Program-made: the position numbers and the translations under genes
Assembly (NCBI GenBank): GCA_018713045.1
Contig: DVFV01000042.1
Span: 1 to 56,348 of the forward strand
Length of the DNA: 56,348 nucleotides
Source of the DNA: Candidatus Coprosoma intestinipullorum
GTDB lineage: Bacteria; Bacillota_I; Bacilli_A; RF39; UBA660
Direction: 5' to 3'
The notes under the pieces: generated by a model
Seen by the model: only the letters and a program-made list of their open reading frames with translations
What the model was told of the DNA's origin: nothing
Database searches by the model: none
In this document: piece after piece, positions 54,138-56,348 of the stretch
How the letters are laid out: every line of letters starts with the position of its first letter
How positions within the stretch are numbered: position 1 is the stretch's first letter

Positions 54138-55454
54138 ATGAAAAAGATAATAATTGTAGGTATATTTATATTAGGTATGATTTTACCGAATATAAATGTC
54201 AAAGCTGTAGATGTAGCAAACGAAGAAGAACTTAGAACAGCTATTGAACAAGGAGGAGATATTACTTTAACTAAAGATATCGAAGTAACCCAGCCACTTG
54301 TCATAGATAAAGACGTGAATATACATAGTGATAATTGGAGATATATTATGATGCAAGGTGATAATACACTTATGACTGTAAATAGTGGGAATGTAGCAAT
54401 TGATGAAAACATTGGGTTATTTGCTGGATGGAATGGTGAATATAATGAATATGATGAACCAGATAATGTTGTAAAAGGTCAAGGAACAGCATTAGTAGTA
54501 AATGGTGGTAATGTATATGGAATATGGTTAGTTACTTGTGGTGGAAAAGTTGGAATGATAATAAATGGTGGTAATGTTCGAACTTCTGGATATATAAAAG
54601 CTGGTGTATATAATGAAAACAATGATACATATTCTTCGGGAGGAAATGCATTAATTATAAATGGTGGTTCATTTGTTAAAGGAAATGAATTACATCTTTT
54701 GTCAGGAGGTACTGCATTAACTTTAAACAAAGGTTCTAATATAACATTAAATTGTGAAGATTCATATTCTATAATTGGTAGTTTTGAAGAAAATGGAATT
54801 GAAGTAAATGATGGTTCAGTAGTAAATATTAATTCTAGCAAAAGATTGTTTATATTTGGTTCACAAAATGCAATATATTTAAATGGAGGAACAGCTAATT
54901 TAAATGGTAAATTTGGACTTAGTTCAAGTGATACTGGACATGGAATATATATAAATAAAGGAATAAATACAAATACTAAAGGTGATGTACTTAATTTAAA
55001 AAACAATTCTATATTTATGTATGGAGAATCAACATCAAACTTTAGTATATATGTAAATCCTGAAATAGCAGTTGTTAAAGTAATTGATGAAAAAAATTTC
55101 TTTAGTTTCGAAGATAATAAATTAAAGTTAGATTTTTGTAGTAATTATTCATCTGCCGCAAATACTGATTCTGAAGAAGGCCCAAAAATATGTAATAATT
55201 TAAGTAGTTATTATGATGGACCTATTGAGTCAAATGAACTAGGTAAATGTATGGTTGTATACATAAATGGAGAAAAACAAAATGAAGTAGATGCTTCATG
55301 TAATCCAGTAAGTGAGGAAGGAAATAATAATCCACAAGTAGTAGAAGTACCTGCTACATCTGCTTATGGGTCATTAATAATTGCTACTCTTGGAATTATA
55401 TGTGTAATTGTATCAATTATTGTAACAAGAAAAGTAATTAAAAAAGCAAATTAA
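54138..55454 (+). CDS. surface-anchored repeat protein (signal peptide, NGG-repeat beta-helix-like region, C-terminal TM anchor)
   Basis: MKKIIIVGIFILGMILPNINVKA signal. Repeated (V/I/L)NGG(N/S/T) units (VNGGNVYG, INGGNVRTSG, INGGSFVKG, LNGGTANLNG). C-terminal LIIATLGIICVIVSIIVTRKVIKK. Confidence 0.6.
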   Translation: MKKIIIVGIFILGMILPNINVKAVDVANEEELRTAIEQGGDITLTKDIEVTQPLVIDKDVNIHSDNWRYIMMQGDNTLMTVNSGNVAIDENIGLFAGWNGEYNEYDEPDNVVKGQGTALVVNGGNVYGIWLVTCGGKVGMIINGGNVRTSGYIKAGVYNENNDTYSSGGNALIINGGSFVKGNELHLLSGGTALTLNKGSNITLNCEDSYSIIGSFEENGIEVNDGSVVNINSSKRLFIFGSQNAIYLNGGTANLNGKFGLSSSDTGHGIYINKGINTNTKGDVLNLKNNSIFMYGESTSNFSIYVNPEIAVVKVIDEKNFFSFEDNKLKLDFCSNYSSAANTDSEEGPKICNNLSSYYDGPIESNELGKCMVVYINGEKQNEVDASCNPVSEEGNNNPQVVEVPATSAYGSLIIATLGIICVIVSIIVTRKVIKKAN

Positions 55455-55522
55455 AATCTATAATTAATTTGTTTTTTTGTATTATTTTCATAAAATAATC
55501 AATCATAATAATAGGTGATTTT

Positions 55523-56041
55523 ATGTCCAAACGTGATAAAAAAGAAATAGTTCAAATGATTCTTCATCAAAATTTAGAAAAGAAAGACAAAGAAGAAATA
55601 ATTGATATGTTAGCTGATTCTCCTATAGCTATCGATGTCGATAAAGAAGAAGAAAAAAATCTCACCTTTAGTGAGAAATTAGCCGACAAAATATCTGAAA
55701 TAGCTGGAAGCTGGGGTTTTATTGTAATATTTAGTTTGTTTTTAATCCTGTGGATAATCCTAAATACTATATATAAACATTTAGACCCTTATCCATTTAT
55801 TTTATTAAACCTAATTTTATCTTGCCTAACTGCCCTGCAAGCGCCTATAATCATGATGAGTCAAAATAGAGCTTCTAAAAAAGATAGCTTAAGAAATCAA
55901 AATGATTATCAAGTTGATTTAAAAAGTGAATTAATATTAGAAGATCTGCACAATAAAATAGAATTAATACTTAAAAACCAGCAAAAATTAGCGGATATAA
56001 TAGATAAAATAATTGAAGAAACAAATAAGGAAAAGCCCTAA
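55523..56041 (+). CDS. DUF1003 domain membrane protein
   Basis: FSEKLADKISEIAGSWGFIV...DPYPFILLNLILSCLTALQAPIIMMSQNR...D is the DUF1003 pattern. Confidence 0.75.
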   Translation: MSKRDKKEIVQMILHQNLEKKDKEEIIDMLADSPIAIDVDKEEEKNLTFSEKLADKISEIAGSWGFIVIFSLFLILWIILNTIYKHLDPYPFILLNLILSCLTALQAPIIMMSQNRASKKDSLRNQNDYQVDLKSELILEDLHNKIELILKNQQKLADIIDKIIEETNKEKP

Positions 56042-56058
56042 AACTTTTCCTTATTTAA
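56027..56058. terminator. terminator shared by convergent genes
   Basis: AAGGAAAAG (56027-56035) / CTTTTCCTT (56044-56052): perfect 9-bp stem. Confidence 0.55.
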
Positions 56059-56102
56059 TTATAAATTTATCATTCTGAACATCAATTGTTACAGTTGAAA
56101 GA

Positions 56103-56264
56103 TTATTTTTTTCTTAAATTATTAATTCGTAATTTTAAAGATTTAACAAATTTTTGCTCTACAAAAGGCCTTGCAAATTGTTTTTCTAAAGTTATGACAC
56201 CATTTTTATCTGTGGTAACCCTTATCCACGTACCACCTTTTGTTTGTTTAGCATCTTCGCTCAT
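56103..56264 (-). CDS. possible small protein (53 aa)
   Basis: MSEDAKQTKGGTWIRVTTDKNGVITLEKQFARPFVEQKFVKSLKLRINNLRKK. GGAAG 7 nt upstream. More protein-like than the plus-strand ORF 56086-56337, which it replaces. Confidence 0.3.
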   Translation of the reverse strand: MSEDAKQTKGGTWIRVTTDKNGVITLEKQFARPFVEQKFVKSLKLRINNLRKK

Positions 56265-56285
56265 AAAATTCTTCCATATCATATA

Positions 56286-56348
56286 TCATTTTTTATTTTT
56301 TAATATTTCTTCTGTCAATTCAAGTACTCCATACTGAACGTCTTCGGC
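56286..56348 (-). CDS. 3' end of a minus-strand gene cut by the window edge
   Basis: Open frame ...AEDVQYGVLELTEEILKNKK* ending at TGA (complement of 56286-56288). Confidence 0.25.
   Translation of the reverse strand, partial: AEDVQYGVLELTEEILKNKK

Noticed and set aside
54101-55006. Minus-strand ORFs 54101-54412 and 54479-55006, opposite the NGG-repeat surface protein
   Set aside because: The plus-strand ORF has a strong RBS, a signal peptide, a repeat structure and a TM anchor. The antisense products are Pro/Phe-rich mirror images of the repeats.
56086-56337. 83-aa plus-strand ORF at the window end
   Set aside because: TTG start without an RBS and a junk-like hydrophobic product. The minus strand offers a better small ORF (56103-56264) plus the tail of an upstream gene, with a shared terminator at 56027-56058.
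1-56348. Alternative genetic code (TGA read as Trp, Mollicutes-like), given the very low GC
   Set aside because: TGA terminates several ORFs at family-appropriate lengths (jetA at 25103-25105, jetC at 30343-30345, ORF 2469-2759). All long genes are intact under code 11.
1-56348. CRISPR arrays, rRNA genes, intact IS elements or integrases
   Set aside because: No regularly spaced direct repeats, no rRNA-like conserved stretches, and no recombinase or intact transposase ORF on either strand. The only trace of a mobile element is the IS1595 remnant.

Overview
Low-GC Bacillota-type chromosomal segment: strong GGAGG-type ribosome-binding sites, TGnTATAAT extended -10 promoters, AddAB, and standard code 11. 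The left ~35 kb is a dense defence island. It holds, in order:
- the tail of a BREX locus (a partial gene in the pglZ position, plus brxL)
- a two-gene module with a candidate HEPN motif
- a YunG-like/UDG-superfamily glycosylase fusion with a P-loop kinase
- an operon of a MazG-like enzyme, a GIY-YIG/DUF2075 nuclease-helicase and a Ser/Thr kinase
- an Upf1-like SF1 helicase fused to a DUF2726-type nuclease, followed by a 1066-aa AlbA_2-domain protein
- a decayed IS1595-family transposase
- a Sau3AI-like R-M pair (m5C methyltransferase plus MutH/Sau3AI endonuclease)
- a WYL regulator and a PfkB-kinase/SIS fusion
- an HTH-Fic protein with palindromic operators, and a GNAT
- a complete four-gene Wadjet operon (jetABCD, TIGR02677-02680 type)
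- a four-gene PRiA4_ORF3-like/SWIM cluster.
From ~35 kb onward the content looks like core genome: metK, a PH-domain protein, a secreted nuclease, an SDR, an HD/RNHCP pair, membrane proteins, mgtA, addBA, a Ca-type P-type ATPase, two XRE regulators each divergent from a secreted or surface protein, and DUF1003. I found no rRNA, tRNA or CRISPR array. The best candidates for undescribed systems are the unnamed units at 5.5-9.0 kb, 9.1-14.9 kb, 3.9-5.4 kb, 18.5-21.1 kb, 31.6-34.5 kb and 2.3-3.8 kb. All family assignments come from motif recognition by eye; no database search was run.
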